This document shows positions 63,425 to 64,000 of a stretch of 64,000 nt of DNA, one piece after another. The stretch lies in IMG/VR virus record IMGVR_UViG_3300036766_002286. One strand, given 5' to 3'. This DNA comes from a virus. Lineage: Duplodnaviria > Caudoviricetes. The notes under the pieces are model-generated. The model was not told where the DNA came from. It ran no database searches and worked only from the letters and a program-made list of their open reading frames with translations. The number at the start of each line of letters is the position of its first letter. Position 1 is the stretch's first letter. A program made the translations under genes and the position numbers.

Positions 63425-64000
63425 ATGACTATTAAAGATACCATTTTAGCTAATGAGCCGCGTCGTTTTTGGCGAGTGTCTGATTTCAAAGACTCAGCTG
63501 AAAATATAAAAACAACCTTAGATGCTTTGGTTGCCTCTGGCAGTCTAAAACATGTGCATGAAGATATTTATTGGCGAGGTGTAGACACCCGCTTTGGTAT
63601 GTCCCCGCCATACATTGGAGACGTTGCTCTTCTGCTCGGTGGCCCCGGAACTGGCCCGACTGGCTATTCTGCTTCTAATTACCTTAGTTTATCTACTCAA
63701 GTGCCTAATAAATTATATATCGCATCACCAAGCCCCTGTCCAACAAATTTATCTACAATAAATTTTGTTGCTCGCCCCATTATTCGGCGCGAACTCCAAT
63801 GCACATATACCGAAGTGGCTCTATTAGAAATTTTACAAGATCCTGGGTACCTGGAAAGTTCATGGCCTGACGTAATAAAGAGAATAACCACTCTTATTCA
63901 TGAGGGCTATATTCGCAACTATATTATTTCCACGGTTGTAGCTAATGAAGCTATGCCTGGAGTTCAAAAGAAGTGGTCTGAAATATTACAGTCCAGCTAG
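63425..64000 (+). CDS. AbiEi-like/DUF6088 family protein
   Basis: FWRVSDF...L..LV..G.L...IYWRG..TRFGM, GYSASNYLSLSTQVP, EVALLEIL. Confidence 0.8.
   Translation: MTIKDTILANEPRRFWRVSDFKDSAENIKTTLDALVASGSLKHVHEDIYWRGVDTRFGMSPPYIGDVALLLGGPGTGPTGYSASNYLSLSTQVPNKLYIASPSPCPTNLSTINFVARPIIRRELQCTYTEVALLEILQDPGYLESSWPDVIKRITTLIHEGYIRNYIISTVVANEAMPGVQKKWSEILQSS

Noticed and set aside
821-63891. Many antisense ORFs in the six-frame track (for example 1240..1566, 12330..12818, 16009..16521, 49567..50013, 58891..59352)
   Set aside because: They shadow better-supported genes on the opposite strand and lack an RBS, promoter or recognisable motif.

Overview
This looks like an accessory (early-gene-like) region of a large, AT-rich (about 40% GC by eye) extrachromosomal element, most likely a jumbo phage. 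I recognise no virion or replication genes in the window, so a megaplasmid is not excluded. An actinobacterial-type RpoZ, an LppM-like lipoprotein and leaderless promoters point to an Actinomycetota host. Most of the window is short hypothetical genes in locally expanded paralog families: 13 pentapeptide-repeat genes, about 9 copies of a PxIYPxxxGGIxLxW domain, and several helical families. Recognisable genes are: (i) a four-gene operon of Asp/Glu racemase, NadE, 2OG-Fe(II) oxygenase and an NMNAT::PRTase fusion, which is the best candidate for a new system (NAD+ rebuilding or NAD-analogue synthesis); (ii) RNA and ADP-ribose repair functions: RtcB, an Rnl2/DRB0094-type ligase, NADAR and tRNA-fMet; (iii) antitoxin-like genes without adjacent toxins (HicB, Xre/MbcA-like, two AbiEi/DUF6088) and two apparently inactive HEPN/DUF86 genes; (iv) two restriction-modification pairs; (v) two adjacent tnpB elements; (vi) thioredoxin and an orphan histidine kinase. 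One promoter architecture, TTGnnn-N16-(C/T)A(C/T)A(A/G)T, often N7-ATG and so leaderless, recurs more than 15 times, including in front of host-derived genes. Several single-base deletions in homopolymers suggest long-read errors. All family assignments come from motif reading, not database searches.
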